DNA of 64,000 nucleotides, from positions 1-64,000 of the forward strand of contig CAZOYD010000010.1 in the NCBI GenBank assembly GCA_964583985.1, given 5' to 3'. The first letter of the stretch is position 1; each line of letters begins with the position of its first letter. Of this stretch, positions 10,141 through 20,960 are shown one piece after another. The notes under the pieces are model-generated. The model worked only from the letters and a program-made list of their open reading frames with translations. It did not search any database and was not told the DNA's origin. Source of the stretch: an uncultured archaeon. Its GTDB lineage: Archaea > Asgardarchaeota > Lokiarchaeia > Sigyniarchaeales > SOKP01. The translations under genes were made by a program, and so were the position numbers.

Positions 10141-10214
10141 AAATGTTTTAAATGATAAAAATTAAAAAATCACTGTAATTTTATATAAAAATAGCTTATG
10201 AAAAGGAGATTTTC

Positions 10215-11468
10215 TTGACAGAAAAGAGATTAATTAATAAGAAGGATATAGAAACAAAAGAGAAATTGTTTCAATACGTAGAACAATTTAGCTTCCCAAG
10301 ATTAGCAGGATCTGAAGGTGAAAAAACCGCTGTGAAGTTAACCGTAGAAGAATTTGAAAAAATAGGTTTCCAAGCAAATGAAATTCAAAAACAAGAATTT
10401 GAATTTTCGACTTTTTACTCAGAAGAATTAGCAAAAATAATTGCATTTATGACTCTTATTCTCATCACGGTGCTTCTATTTATAAAATATCTTTTTCCGG
10501 CTTTTGTTTTTCTTACAATTCTTGGTATTATAATAATATTTCTCTCAATGATCAAATTCTTAAAATATCCAGAACTGCAAGGATTTTGGGAGAAAAATTT
10601 TGGAAAAAAAATAAATGCTACTAATGTGTTTGTTAAGGTTCCCGCAACTAAAGTTCCCGCTGAAGACGCCCGCAATATAATCATTTCTGCACATTTAGAC
10701 TCTAAATCCCAAACCTTCAAAACCATTTGGAGAGTTCTTTTTGTCGTGTTATGGGAACTTGGAGGAATTCTGTTTATGATTTTTTTTACAGTATTCTTAA
10801 TTGATTTTTATTTTGGAGCATTTAAATCCATTCTTTTAGGAATAGAAATTTGTATAATTGTTGTATCGATTGTAACCATTTTTTCGTTACTTATGGTAAT
10901 GGCAATTAACACAGGAAATAAGTCTAAAGGTGCTTTAGATAATGCTTCAGGAATGGCATTAGTTTTTGAATTGAGTTCAATATTTAAGACCGCGCCTCTG
11001 AATAATTTTAATCTATGGTTTTGTCAATTTTCAGCCGAAGAAATAGGTACTATGGGATCAAGATTTTTCGTCGATAAATATGAAGGCTCTTTTCATGAAG
11101 GAAAGCCACTTCAAATTAATTTTGATATGGTTTCATGTATAAATAGTAAAAAAAACGAAGTTGAATATATCAGATCCTACGGCATTTTTCCCCCTAAAAG
11201 TGCATCTCATGTATTGCTTTCTTACATTCATAGATCGGCAGAGGAACAAAATATAAAGATTTACGGTCATCGAGTCTTAAACGGAGCCCACACAGATTCG
11301 GTCCCATTCCATTTAAGAAAGTATGATTCGATTGATATCACTTCATTAGCTGCAGCAAAATATTCTCATAGTATAAATGACACACCAAATAGAATTAATC
11401 CTCAGGTTTTATTAGAAACGTATAAAATTGTGAGAAGAATGACCTCAATGCTTGATGAAAATTTATAA
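10215..11468 (+). CDS. M28-family metallopeptidase with TM insertions
   Basis: PRLAGSEGE, SAHLDS, GALDNASG, AEEIG..GS, NFDM, TD..PF, YSHS..D. Confidence 0.88.
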   Translation: MTEKRLINKKDIETKEKLFQYVEQFSFPRLAGSEGEKTAVKLTVEEFEKIGFQANEIQKQEFEFSTFYSEELAKIIAFMTLILITVLLFIKYLFPAFVFLTILGIIIIFLSMIKFLKYPELQGFWEKNFGKKINATNVFVKVPATKVPAEDARNIIISAHLDSKSQTFKTIWRVLFVVLWELGGILFMIFFTVFLIDFYFGAFKSILLGIEICIIVVSIVTIFSLLMVMAINTGNKSKGALDNASGMALVFELSSIFKTAPLNNFNLWFCQFSAEEIGTMGSRFFVDKYEGSFHEGKPLQINFDMVSCINSKKNEVEYIRSYGIFPPKSASHVLLSYIHRSAEEQNIKIYGHRVLNGAHTDSVPFHLRKYDSIDITSLAAAKYSHSINDTPNRINPQVLLETYKIVRRMTSMLDENL

Positions 11469-11499
11469 TTTAAAGAAAGAGTGACTTATTTTCTAAAAA

Positions 11500-13203
11500 T
11501 TAAACATTCTTTTTCCATAATGGCTGCTTTTCTAGACCATAAGCTTTTTTTGCATATTCAGTAACCATGCGGCTTGTATTGAAAAATGCCCCTAATTTAA
11601 TGGCATGTTTCATTCTTTCGCTCCACTCATCTGGTTCCTTTTCATAAGTAGGAATTATTTCATGTTCTAATTTATTATATAAATCTTCAGCATCAGAATG
11701 ATCATTCCACTTTTCTACATCTGGATTATCTGGTTCAGGTCCTATTGCCCATCCTGCTTTTTTATTTGACATAAAATAACCTTCAATCCACCATCCATCA
11801 AGTGTTGAAAAATTCAATACTCCATTTAAAGCCGCTTTCATCCCACTTGTACCACTTGCTTCCATATATCTTCTTGGAGTATTAAGCCATAGATCTACAC
11901 CGCTGACTAATAATTTCGCTAAATTTATTTCGTAATTTTCTAAAAATGCTACTCCGATATTATAAGAATTCCATAAATAATCGCTAAAGCTAATTATCTG
12001 TTTTATGTAGGATTTGGCTTGGGTATCAGCGGGGTGTGCTTTTCCAGCAAAAAAAAATTGCGCTTTTCCTTTGGTAATTTTTGCCAAGCGTTCAAGATCT
12101 GTAAATAAGAGTAATGGACGCTTATATTCAGCCATTCTCTTTGCAAAACCAATCGTTAATAAATCGTTATTAAATAAAACCCAAGAATGAGACTCCTCGC
12201 GCTCTAGTAACTCGCGTTTAGCTTTTGAATGCATTCTCCGTAGTTCGTAATTATCTAGCTTTAACGCCCGTTCAAATACGGTACTGTCGTGATGCCATGT
12301 TCGCCCAAATTCGTTATTAAAAAAATCTCGCATATAGGGAGATAACCAATAACCTATATGAACTCCATTCGTAATGGAATCGATATTGTAATTGGGGAAC
12401 ATTTTTCTGGAAACTTCAGAATGCTTTTTAGATACAGCGTTAATATAGCCACTTGAATTCAAAGCAAGAAAAGTCATGTTCAATCTATCCTTACCAGCAA
12501 GTTCATATACATTTTCGGGTAGTCGATCTCGAAAAAGATCCCGAATTAAATTGTAATCAAATTCTTCAAGACCAGCCCTTACTGGAGTGTGTGTTGTAAA
12601 CACGCAGTGTTTCCTTACTTCTTTAATATCCTTATATTTTTTTAATAATTCAAAAATCAAAAATGCAGCATGCCCTTCATTCAAGTGGTAAATCTTTAAA
12701 TTATTGAACCCTAATTTTTCAAGCATTTTAATCCCACATAATCCTAAAATCATTTCCTGTGTGATTCGTTGAAAAGAATTGGCATCATATAACACATGAG
12801 TGAGGTTTCTTTGCCAAGGTTCATTTTCAGATAAATCTGTATCGAGTAAAATTACAGGAACTACATGTCCTGTACGACCTACGACATCATAACGCCAAGC
12901 TTCAACGTGAATAATTTTATCTTGTAATTGAAGTATTATTTTCTCTCCTATTTTTTTAAAATCATCACTAAAATCCCACTCCATATCACGTTCAAATTGA
13001 CTTCCATCGGGAGCAATTTGTTGATAAAAATATCCAGCGTTATAAGTTAATGTAACTCCAACTAAGGGTATGCCTAAGTCTGCTGCTGATCGAATAGCGT
13101 CTCCAGCTAGTACCCCTAAACCGCCAGAATATATTGGAACACCGCTATCTAGGGCAATTTCCATTGAAAAATAAGCGACCTCTTGATTATTTTCTTCAAG
13201 CAT
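11500..13203 (-). CDS. glgP: Alpha-glucan (glycogen) phosphorylase, short form
   Basis: YFSME, YSGGLGVLAGD, HLNEGH, FTTHTP, ITNGVH, PLP-lysine motif EASGTSGMK, LDGWW. Confidence 0.95.
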   Translation of the reverse strand: MLEENNQEVAYFSMEIALDSGVPIYSGGLGVLAGDAIRSAADLGIPLVGVTLTYNAGYFYQQIAPDGSQFERDMEWDFSDDFKKIGEKIILQLQDKIIHVEAWRYDVVGRTGHVVPVILLDTDLSENEPWQRNLTHVLYDANSFQRITQEMILGLCGIKMLEKLGFNNLKIYHLNEGHAAFLIFELLKKYKDIKEVRKHCVFTTHTPVRAGLEEFDYNLIRDLFRDRLPENVYELAGKDRLNMTFLALNSSGYINAVSKKHSEVSRKMFPNYNIDSITNGVHIGYWLSPYMRDFFNNEFGRTWHHDSTVFERALKLDNYELRRMHSKAKRELLEREESHSWVLFNNDLLTIGFAKRMAEYKRPLLLFTDLERLAKITKGKAQFFFAGKAHPADTQAKSYIKQIISFSDYLWNSYNIGVAFLENYEINLAKLLVSGVDLWLNTPRRYMEASGTSGMKAALNGVLNFSTLDGWWIEGYFMSNKKAGWAIGPEPDNPDVEKWNDHSDAEDLYNKLEHEIIPTYEKEPDEWSERMKHAIKLGAFFNTSRMVTEYAKKAYGLEKQPLWKKNV

Positions 13204-13258
13204 ATTATTTCATTACTCAAATCTGATATTATAAGGATTTATGATAAATAATAAAAAA

Positions 13259-13714
13259 TTATCGAATAATTAAGACATCACATGGAGCATTATGAACAAC
13301 ATGAGTAGATACCGTACCTAAAAATAAACCAATTTTTGAATGTTGTCCTTTACCTCCTAAAATAACTAAATCAAAATTTTCTTCATTAATTTTATCAATG
13401 ATATATTTTTCAGGTTTGATATCTTCCACTAATCTGGTTTCGACAGTAATTCCCTCACTTTCAAAGATCTTTTTTGCTTCTTCTAATATTTGATTGCCTA
13501 TTTTAACGTATTCGTCCCTAATCTCTGTATAGCTATTTAAAGGAAAAGAATATGCAGTAGTAAATATAGGCATCGAAACAGGAATCATGTGATGTTCGAC
13601 TGAGTGAAAAATTACGATTTTACTCTTCCAATCTCTATATAAAGCTATAGCTTTTTTAAGAGCATCGTGAGCCTCTTTAGATCCATCTATACCTATGATG
13701 ATATTTTTATACAT
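13259..13714 (-). CDS. Universal stress protein (UspA family)
   Basis: IIIGIDGS, DLVILG..G...LGTVS..VV.NAPCDVLII. Confidence 0.93.
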   Translation of the reverse strand: MYKNIIIGIDGSKEAHDALKKAIALYRDWKSKIVIFHSVEHHMIPVSMPIFTTAYSFPLNSYTEIRDEYVKIGNQILEEAKKIFESEGITVETRLVEDIKPEKYIIDKINEENFDLVILGGKGQHSKIGLFLGTVSTHVVHNAPCDVLIIR

Positions 13715-14045
13715 TTGTTTTCGTTTCCAATTTTTGTTTATTTTGAAAGTATAAATTCCCTTTATTTTTTAAAATTATTCTTTTTAACTATTTGGATTTA
13801 CTTAAAATATCTTTAAAATATCAGAAATTTCTATTCATATAACATTTTTAAATTGTTAAATTTTATTAATCAAGCTATAAATTCAAGCTAAACAATTTTA
13901 TTAGGATTAAAAAAAATATTCATAATTTAAAACAAGTTTAAAATAGTAAAATTCGAGTGTCTTCTAACATTTGCTTTTTTAATAATTATACTCATTATAA
14001 GAAAAATAAGAAATAGATTAAGGTTTAAGTTAAAATGGAAAAAAA

Positions 14046-16505
14046 TTATATTTGTAGAGATTTTTCAATTTTTTTTGCATCTCTGCGATTTAACCACCTT
14101 ATAGTTCCTATCTTTATGAAGTCATTCCCTACAAAGGCTCCAAAAGCAAACACCCATATGAAACCCGCTAATACCCAACCAATTGGTGCCATTAAAAATC
14201 CCATGGCAGCTAAAGTTGTGGCCACTAATTGAGTTATTTCACTAGTGAAAAAGAGACTTTTTGCTGGAAAAGGACGTTTCCAAAAATTATCTTCTTCAGT
14301 TCTAGTAAGATATATTGTCATATGTCCAGCTACAGTCAATTTCAAAAAGATGAACGTCTGAAGTGTTGCTGGATCGAGTAAAAACACAAATTTTCCTACC
14401 ATAAAGATAGTAAAACTGAAGACAACTCCGGAAATCCCTAATACCGAAGCTATAATTAGAATTCTTTGCATTCTCCATCGTGATGGTTTTTTATCAATTC
14501 TAGTATTATCAAACGCAATAGTCATTATTGGCAAATCATTTAAAAGAGCTAAAATTACGATCATAACCGCGGTTATAGGGTAAAAGTTAAGAATAGAAAT
14601 CGAGAGAACTAAAAAAATAAGGATTCGAACAGTTTCTGCTATTCTATATATTGCATAACTTTTCATTCTTGCAAAAATCTTTCGGCTTTCCTGTGTTGCG
14701 TTAATAATTACAGAGATACCGGGATCAGTTAACACAATAGCAGCTGCGGATTTTGCAGCGTCAGTTGCATTAGAAACTGCTATTCCTACATCTGCTTTCT
14801 TCAAGGCAGGAGCGTCATTTACACCATCACCAGTCATACCGACTACGTGATCTTTACTTTGAAGAAGTTCTACAATATGATATTTATGTTCCGGATATAC
14901 TTCGGCAAAACCGTCAGCACTCTCAACCAAACGAATTGTATCAGAGTCCTGTTTTCCTAGGATTTCTGTAGACACTACAATATTTGTGCCAATTCCTAAA
15001 CTGCCCGCAATTTGTTTTGCAATTTCTACATGATCCCCTGTTACCATTTTTACATTTATTCCTAATGTCCTTGCTGTTTTTATTGTATCTGCTGAATCTT
15101 CTCTAGGAGGGTCATGAAGTGCAACGATTCCTATGTATTCCCATGCGTTATTGCTGTCAGATTTAGCTATTCCCAATGCTCGAAAACCTACCGATGCAAA
15201 GTCCTTACCAAAGTTATTAACTCTATTTTGAAGTTCTTGATCTCCATTTACTAAAGATAAAATGACTTGAATGGCACCCTTAGAAACTTGAAATACTTGA
15301 TCATTTTCAATTTTTATTTTCGCTTCCGTTCTTTTTGCAATAGGATCGAAAGGCTTAAATGAAATTAATTGGAATTTTGAAAAAGCTGCATCAAGCTCAG
15401 GATCTTGCTTTAATTTTTCTAAAAAGGCATCATCAATAGGATCTCTACTTTCTACTTTTGAAGCTAATCCGCCATAAAGAATTACATCCTTTTCAGAATA
15501 CTTCCCAAATGGTATGACTTTCGCAATGGAAATTTGATTTTTCGTTAAAGTTCCCGTTTTATCACAGCATAGGATGTCCATACTGGCTGCTTCTTCAATG
15601 GAAAGCAATTTACTCACAATAGCTTTTTTTTTTGCTAATTCCATAGCTCCCACCGCCATTGACACCATCATCACAGCAGGTAGTGCAACGGGAATTGCAG
15701 CTACAACCAAGACCAAAGCAAATTGTAACAAATTAAAAAAACCTTCTGCTCTTATTAAACCTACAATAAAAACTATTGTTACCAGAGTAACTGCAATTAT
15801 TATAAGATAATTACCAATCTTAACTATGGCTTTTTGAAAGTGGCTTTTTGTTTGTGCATCTTGAACTAATTTTGTTGTCTTTCCGAAAAAGGTATTTAAA
15901 CCAGTTCCAATTACTACTCCATTCATTTCGCCCTGACGAATAATTGCTCCTTCATATCCCATATCTGAAACCTTTTTATCAACGGGTAATGATTCTCCTG
16001 TTAAAACAGATTCATCTACAGAAAGATACTCCCCATCAATTAGCTTTACATCAGCAGGGATTATATCTCCCAATCTAAGATGCACTATATCTCCAGGGAC
16101 TAACTCTCTCGCTTGAATTTCAATCCAATTTCCATCACGAATAACTTTAGCTCTTAACGCGAGTTTTTCTTTTAATAATTCTATAGCATTATCTGCCTTG
16201 TTTTCTTCCCAAAATCGTACTATACTATTGATTAAGAGCATTAGTATTATTATAATAAAGTCGTCCCATTCTTCGATGATAAGAGATAATATCGCAGCAA
16301 TTTCGATCATCCATGGTATAGGTCCCCAAAAATTTCGTAGAAATCTCAATAGTGTTGATTTTTTCTTTTCTGGGATTTCATTAGGTCCATATTTTTGGAG
16401 GCGATTAGCAGCGTCTTGAGTTGTAAGTCCCTGTTCGTTCGTTGATAATTCGTGGTAGATCTCATTAATTGATAATGATTTCGTTTCTTTAATATTAATA
16501 TCCAT
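14046..16505 (-). CDS. P3A-type plasma-membrane H+-ATPase, copy B
   Basis: TGES, IPVALP, DKTGTLT, PFDP, KGA, DPPR, TGDGVNDAPALKKAD, YRI and LLND proton-site residues. Confidence 0.95.
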   Translation of the reverse strand: MDINIKETKSLSINEIYHELSTNEQGLTTQDAANRLQKYGPNEIPEKKKSTLLRFLRNFWGPIPWMIEIAAILSLIIEEWDDFIIIILMLLINSIVRFWEENKADNAIELLKEKLALRAKVIRDGNWIEIQARELVPGDIVHLRLGDIIPADVKLIDGEYLSVDESVLTGESLPVDKKVSDMGYEGAIIRQGEMNGVVIGTGLNTFFGKTTKLVQDAQTKSHFQKAIVKIGNYLIIIAVTLVTIVFIVGLIRAEGFFNLLQFALVLVVAAIPVALPAVMMVSMAVGAMELAKKKAIVSKLLSIEEAASMDILCCDKTGTLTKNQISIAKVIPFGKYSEKDVILYGGLASKVESRDPIDDAFLEKLKQDPELDAAFSKFQLISFKPFDPIAKRTEAKIKIENDQVFQVSKGAIQVILSLVNGDQELQNRVNNFGKDFASVGFRALGIAKSDSNNAWEYIGIVALHDPPREDSADTIKTARTLGINVKMVTGDHVEIAKQIAGSLGIGTNIVVSTEILGKQDSDTIRLVESADGFAEVYPEHKYHIVELLQSKDHVVGMTGDGVNDAPALKKADVGIAVSNATDAAKSAAAIVLTDPGISVIINATQESRKIFARMKSYAIYRIAETVRILIFLVLSISILNFYPITAVMIVILALLNDLPIMTIAFDNTRIDKKPSRWRMQRILIIASVLGISGVVFSFTIFMVGKFVFLLDPATLQTFIFLKLTVAGHMTIYLTRTEEDNFWKRPFPAKSLFFTSEITQLVATTLAAMGFLMAPIGWVLAGFIWVFAFGAFVGNDFIKIGTIRWLNRRDAKKIEKSLQI

Positions 16506-16681
16506 AAAAGAGAAGGTATTTCTTAAATATTTAAATTTTTTTAATCAAATTATAAATTGCACAAGAGATGTTTCAGATCTATGTTATAACCATCTACTTA
16601 AAAACAAGATTATTAAATTACAGCATAACAAAATTAAGAACTAATTAATTACATTACTTTAATAAAAAAAAAAATTAATGA

Positions 16682-19126
16682 TTAGAACATTCTTCCTCTA
16701 TTACGCAGGAACTTATAGAAATAATATTTTAGATAATCCGTTATTATAAACCAGACAAATGCATAAATTAATACAAATATTGCCAATCCCCATCCCATTG
16801 GAGGAAGTATTATCCCATATACTGTAAAAATTACCGCAAGAATTTGTGTAGTAGTTGTTGCTAAGAATAATTCTTTAGCAGGTTTTCTTTCCCAGAAGTG
16901 ACCTTTAGTTCGTGCAACATACACAGTTAATGATGCTGCCACTGATAATTTAAGAAATATAAACGATTGAATGATTATAACACTAAGGTGAAAAACAACC
17001 ACTCCTATATAAAACAATAGAAAAGAAGCTACAACCCCTATAACGCCAAGATAAGTACTAATAATTAAAATTACATTCATATTCCACCGTTCTGGCTTAT
17101 TAGAATACCCTACATTATCAACAGCAATTGTCATAATTGGAGCATCATTTAAAAGGGCTAAAAGCACGATCATAACTGCGGTTACTGGATAAAAATTGAA
17201 AATAACAATCGCAAGTGTGATAAAAATAATTACACGAATGGTTTCTGAAATTCGATATATGGAGTAATTAAGCATTCGGTGGAAAATTTTACGACTTTGG
17301 ATTGTTCCATCAATTATGACTGAAAGCCCTGGTTTTGTAAAAGTTATATCTGCTGCTGATTTTGCAGCATCTGTTGCATTCGAAACAGCAATACCAACAT
17401 CTGCTTTTTTTAATGCAGGGGCATCATTAACCCCATCTCCAGTCATTCCTACAATATGATTTTTCATTTGTAATAATTCAACGATTCGGTATTTGTGTTC
17501 TGGAAAAACCTGTGCAAATCCGTCTGCGTTCTCAACGATTATTTCAGCTTCATTGTCTGGTTTACCCAGAAAAGCAGAAACTGGTTTAATATTCGTACCT
17601 AATCCCAGAGTTTTAGCGGTTTCTTTAGCTATAGCAACATGATCTCCAGTAACCATTTTTACGCTCATTCCCATAGATTCAGCAGTTTTTATTGTTTCAG
17701 CAGAGTCCTCTCGGGGTGGATCGAATAATCCTATCAATCCAATAAATTGAAAATTATCACTTTCATTTGACGTTTTTCCCACTCCTAAAGCACGATATCC
17801 TTTTGATGCATACTCCTCAACAGCTTTATTTACTTCTTCTTCTAGACTCTCTTTATTTTCTGAAAGAGATAAAATAATCTGAGGCGCTCCCTTTATGACT
17901 TTAAATGGTTTTCCAGTGCTATCTTTTACCACTGCTTCAGTACGTTTTATAACGGGATCAAATGGCGTGAATTTCTCTATTGTATATCCATCTATTTTCT
18001 TTTTTAGACCTTCAAAAGTCTCACCCTTAACTAAAATTGCATTATCAATAGGATCTTGATCTTCTGCCCTCGATGCCAAAATTCCATTTAATATAACACT
18101 TTCTTCATTAGTATCTCCAAAAAACTTGATCGTTGCTACTGAAATTTCATTTTTAGTAAGAGTGCCCGTCTTATCTGAACACAAAATTTCAACACCAGCT
18201 AATTCTTCAATGGCTACTAATTTACTAACAATAGCATTCTTTTTCGCCATGTTAATAGCTCCTATCGCCATAGTTACTGATAGAACTGCGGGTAAAGCAA
18301 CAGGAATAGAAGCAATGATCAAAACTAAGATGAACTGAAGTGTATTCAGAAAGGTCGCTCCACGAAGAATTGACACAATAATAATAATTGTAACCATGCA
18401 GAATGCAAAAATAATTAAGTAATTTCCTATTTTTACAACAGCTTTTTGAAAATGGCTGCGAGTTTTCGCTTTTTCCACAAGTTCAGTGGTTTTTCCAAAA
18501 AATGTATTCATTCCAGTAGTAGTTACGATACCATCCATTTCTCCTTGTTTAATGATGGAACCAGAATAACATATATCAGCTACATGTTTCTCAACTGGTA
18601 GCGACTCACCGGTTAATGCTGCTTCATCAATCTGTAAATAATCTCCCGATATTAGCTTTACATCACCAGGAATAATATCACCTAATCGTATACGAATCAC
18701 ATCTCCAGGTACAAGCTCTCTTGCAGGCACATTGTTCCACTTTCCATCACGTAAAACACGTGCTTTAATAGCTAGCTTACTTTTTAAAAGTTCAATTGCA
18801 TTATCCGCTTTATTCTCTTGCCAGAATCGCACAACTCCATTCACCATTAATAAGATTAAAATTATCCAAAAATCTTCCCAGTGTCCGATTATCGCCGATA
18901 TTACAATTGCAACCTCTATCATCCATGGAATAGGACCCCAGAAATTCTTAAAAAAATTTAATAGGGGATTCTTTTTTTTCTCAATTAATTCATTTGGTCC
19001 GTATATTTCCAACCTTTTTTGTGCACTGGTATTAGAAAGCCCATCTTTGTTTGAAGATAATTCTTTAAAGAGTTCTTCAATTGCAATCTTTTCTGCTTTG
19101 TCTGCTTTAATTATTACTTTTTCCAA
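16682..19126 (-). CDS. P3A-type plasma-membrane H+-ATPase, copy A
   Basis: Same full motif set as copy B; TTG start. Confidence 0.95.
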   Translation of the reverse strand: MEKVIIKADKAEKIAIEELFKELSSNKDGLSNTSAQKRLEIYGPNELIEKKKNPLLNFFKNFWGPIPWMIEVAIVISAIIGHWEDFWIILILLMVNGVVRFWQENKADNAIELLKSKLAIKARVLRDGKWNNVPARELVPGDVIRIRLGDIIPGDVKLISGDYLQIDEAALTGESLPVEKHVADICYSGSIIKQGEMDGIVTTTGMNTFFGKTTELVEKAKTRSHFQKAVVKIGNYLIIFAFCMVTIIIIVSILRGATFLNTLQFILVLIIASIPVALPAVLSVTMAIGAINMAKKNAIVSKLVAIEELAGVEILCSDKTGTLTKNEISVATIKFFGDTNEESVILNGILASRAEDQDPIDNAILVKGETFEGLKKKIDGYTIEKFTPFDPVIKRTEAVVKDSTGKPFKVIKGAPQIILSLSENKESLEEEVNKAVEEYASKGYRALGVGKTSNESDNFQFIGLIGLFDPPREDSAETIKTAESMGMSVKMVTGDHVAIAKETAKTLGLGTNIKPVSAFLGKPDNEAEIIVENADGFAQVFPEHKYRIVELLQMKNHIVGMTGDGVNDAPALKKADVGIAVSNATDAAKSAADITFTKPGLSVIIDGTIQSRKIFHRMLNYSIYRISETIRVIIFITLAIVIFNFYPVTAVMIVLLALLNDAPIMTIAVDNVGYSNKPERWNMNVILIISTYLGVIGVVASFLLFYIGVVVFHLSVIIIQSFIFLKLSVAASLTVYVARTKGHFWERKPAKELFLATTTTQILAVIFTVYGIILPPMGWGLAIFVLIYAFVWFIITDYLKYYFYKFLRNRGRMF

Positions 19127-19402
19127 CTTGTAAAACCTATTTTTATATTTGATTTTTAAAAAATATATTTTATATATGACAAATATTAAAAAATCGCATT
19201 TAAATATGTCTTATATAATTCAAAGACTAATTTTCTAAAATATTAATCAAATCAAAATAAAGATAATTTTTTCTAAAAAATTATTTCATCCATTAGGTGT
19301 TTGATAGGATATTTCTTCCCCTTTTTCTAAGTTTAAGAAAACATCTTGCCATAAAATCGGTTAAACTAAATTTTTTAATATTCATTAATCAATTATTACA
19401 GA

Positions 19403-19424
19403 TCGTGAAACAGACCTTTCACGA
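19403..19424. promoter_or_regulatory. Perfect inverted repeat TCGTGAAA-N6-TTTCACGA, candidate operator
   Basis: 8-bp arms in the divergent intergenic region upstream of the H+-ATPase pair. Confidence 0.3.
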
Positions 19425-19581
19425 AAAAAACTATAAACAATTATTGTAAAGCTAATTTATCTCAAGCTTATCTAAATCCGAAATTGCGTTGGGTTTTTGA
19501 AAAATAAATTAAAAAATCAGTGGTGATAATCTGTTTTTAAGCTAATTTTCAATAGTTACATCACATTTTATCACGATGTGA

Positions 19582-19920
19582 ATGAATGATATGGCAGTAG
19601 TGAACGAAAAACAAATAGTGGATAATGAGACGAAATTGATTGATTTGATATCACAAACAAAACATTTGAGTCTAACTCCTGAAGATATTAAATGTATTGA
19701 TAAACCAGAGTTGCTTTTTGAATATCTTAAAGATGATTCCAACAATATTCAGTTTGAGTACACCGTTAAGTTCTATGCATATGGTTTTGGTCTTGATGGA
19801 TTTGACAGCTATAAAAAAATCATAAATAATTCGAAAATACAAGAATTAGACTTTAAAATAATTTGGTATCCTGAATGGCGTCCCTTAAGAAGAAAAGATT
19901 ATATTGAGAATTCGGTATAA
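19582..19920 (+). CDS. Hypothetical protein
   Basis: 112-aa ORF with normal composition filling a gap; no motif recognised. Confidence 0.6.
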   Translation: MNDMAVVNEKQIVDNETKLIDLISQTKHLSLTPEDIKCIDKPELLFEYLKDDSNNIQFEYTVKFYAYGFGLDGFDSYKKIINNSKIQELDFKIIWYPEWRPLRRKDYIENSV

Positions 19921-19966
19921 CAAAATATCCAGGAGTTATGTAGTAAATATTTAGACATGAAACTTT

Positions 19967-20812
19967 TTATAAAGTTCCTAAGAAATTAGAGATGCTTGAA
20001 GATTTGGGTATTGTTACTCCAAAATAATATTCGACTACTTCATATAAATATTCCAAGTAAGGAATTTGAAGTTGGATTCCACGTATATTTGCTAAATCAG
20101 ATATTACTTTTTTAGAATATAATGTTTCATTTTTCTTTAAATTCTTAATCATGTCCACGATTATTTCAGAGAGTTGGTAAATGCGCGTGAGTTCACTTTT
20201 CAATAAAACCATGCTGGTCATTGGTTCTATTTCATTTAGGAAGGTTTGAATTATAGTTCTTTCAACCTTAACATTTTTTGAGGCGAAGATATTATCATCA
20301 TCCTTTATGACCTCATTTTCTTGAATGACAATATGATTTCCATATTTCTTACTATCATAATCTTTAAGTTTTATTATATCAAATTCAACATCAAAAGATT
20401 CGTTGCAAATATACCTAAGAAAATTAGATAAGTGTTCGTGGAGGAATTCTTTTTCAGATATTATAATAATTTTTTTTCTCCTAATTATAGCTTTTAAAAA
20501 ATACGCTAATACCGATGCTGTAAAATTAATTCGGAGTAAAGATACATCAAATGATTTAGGTAATATACCGATGTCTTTTTCAATTTCTTTTTTTGAAACT
20601 GAAACCGGCATGTCAATTTGGAAATCAGCTATAAATGAATCTCTTACGACTAAATTTTTATCTACATAAACTACAAATGAGTGATCGCAGATCATTTTAT
20701 CCTTTACATTTACTGCATATAAACCTTTAGTCGTATTTTTAACTTCTTCTTCAGAAACCTCAATTTTACCTCTTTTAGAACAAGCTGGACATCTCACTTC
20801 GAGAATTACCAT
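19967..20812 (-). CDS. Hypothetical protein with N-terminal CPxC...CxH zinc-binding domain
   Basis: VRCPACSK...ICDHSFVVYVDKNL.VRD followed by an alpha/beta and helical region. Confidence 0.75.
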   Translation of the reverse strand: MVILEVRCPACSKRGKIEVSEEEVKNTTKGLYAVNVKDKMICDHSFVVYVDKNLVVRDSFIADFQIDMPVSVSKKEIEKDIGILPKSFDVSLLRINFTASVLAYFLKAIIRRKKIIIISEKEFLHEHLSNFLRYICNESFDVEFDIIKLKDYDSKKYGNHIVIQENEVIKDDDNIFASKNVKVERTIIQTFLNEIEPMTSMVLLKSELTRIYQLSEIIVDMIKNLKKNETLYSKKVISDLANIRGIQLQIPYLEYLYEVVEYYFGVTIPKSSSISNFLGTL

Positions 20813-20960
20813 AAATTTCTACTATTTTCCTTCTCTTTTATATAAATAATCTAGAAGTAACTATTATATAAATTTTGACCAAAAATATTAGCCATTAGGA
20901 AATAATCATGAATTTTATATTGAGAATTGGAAGAATGATAAGATGAAATCGGTATAAGCT

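Noticed and set aside
19286-19354. Minus-strand protein-like fragment LWQDVFLNLEKGEEISYQTPNG
   Set aside because: No start codon or recognisable family; too short to support.
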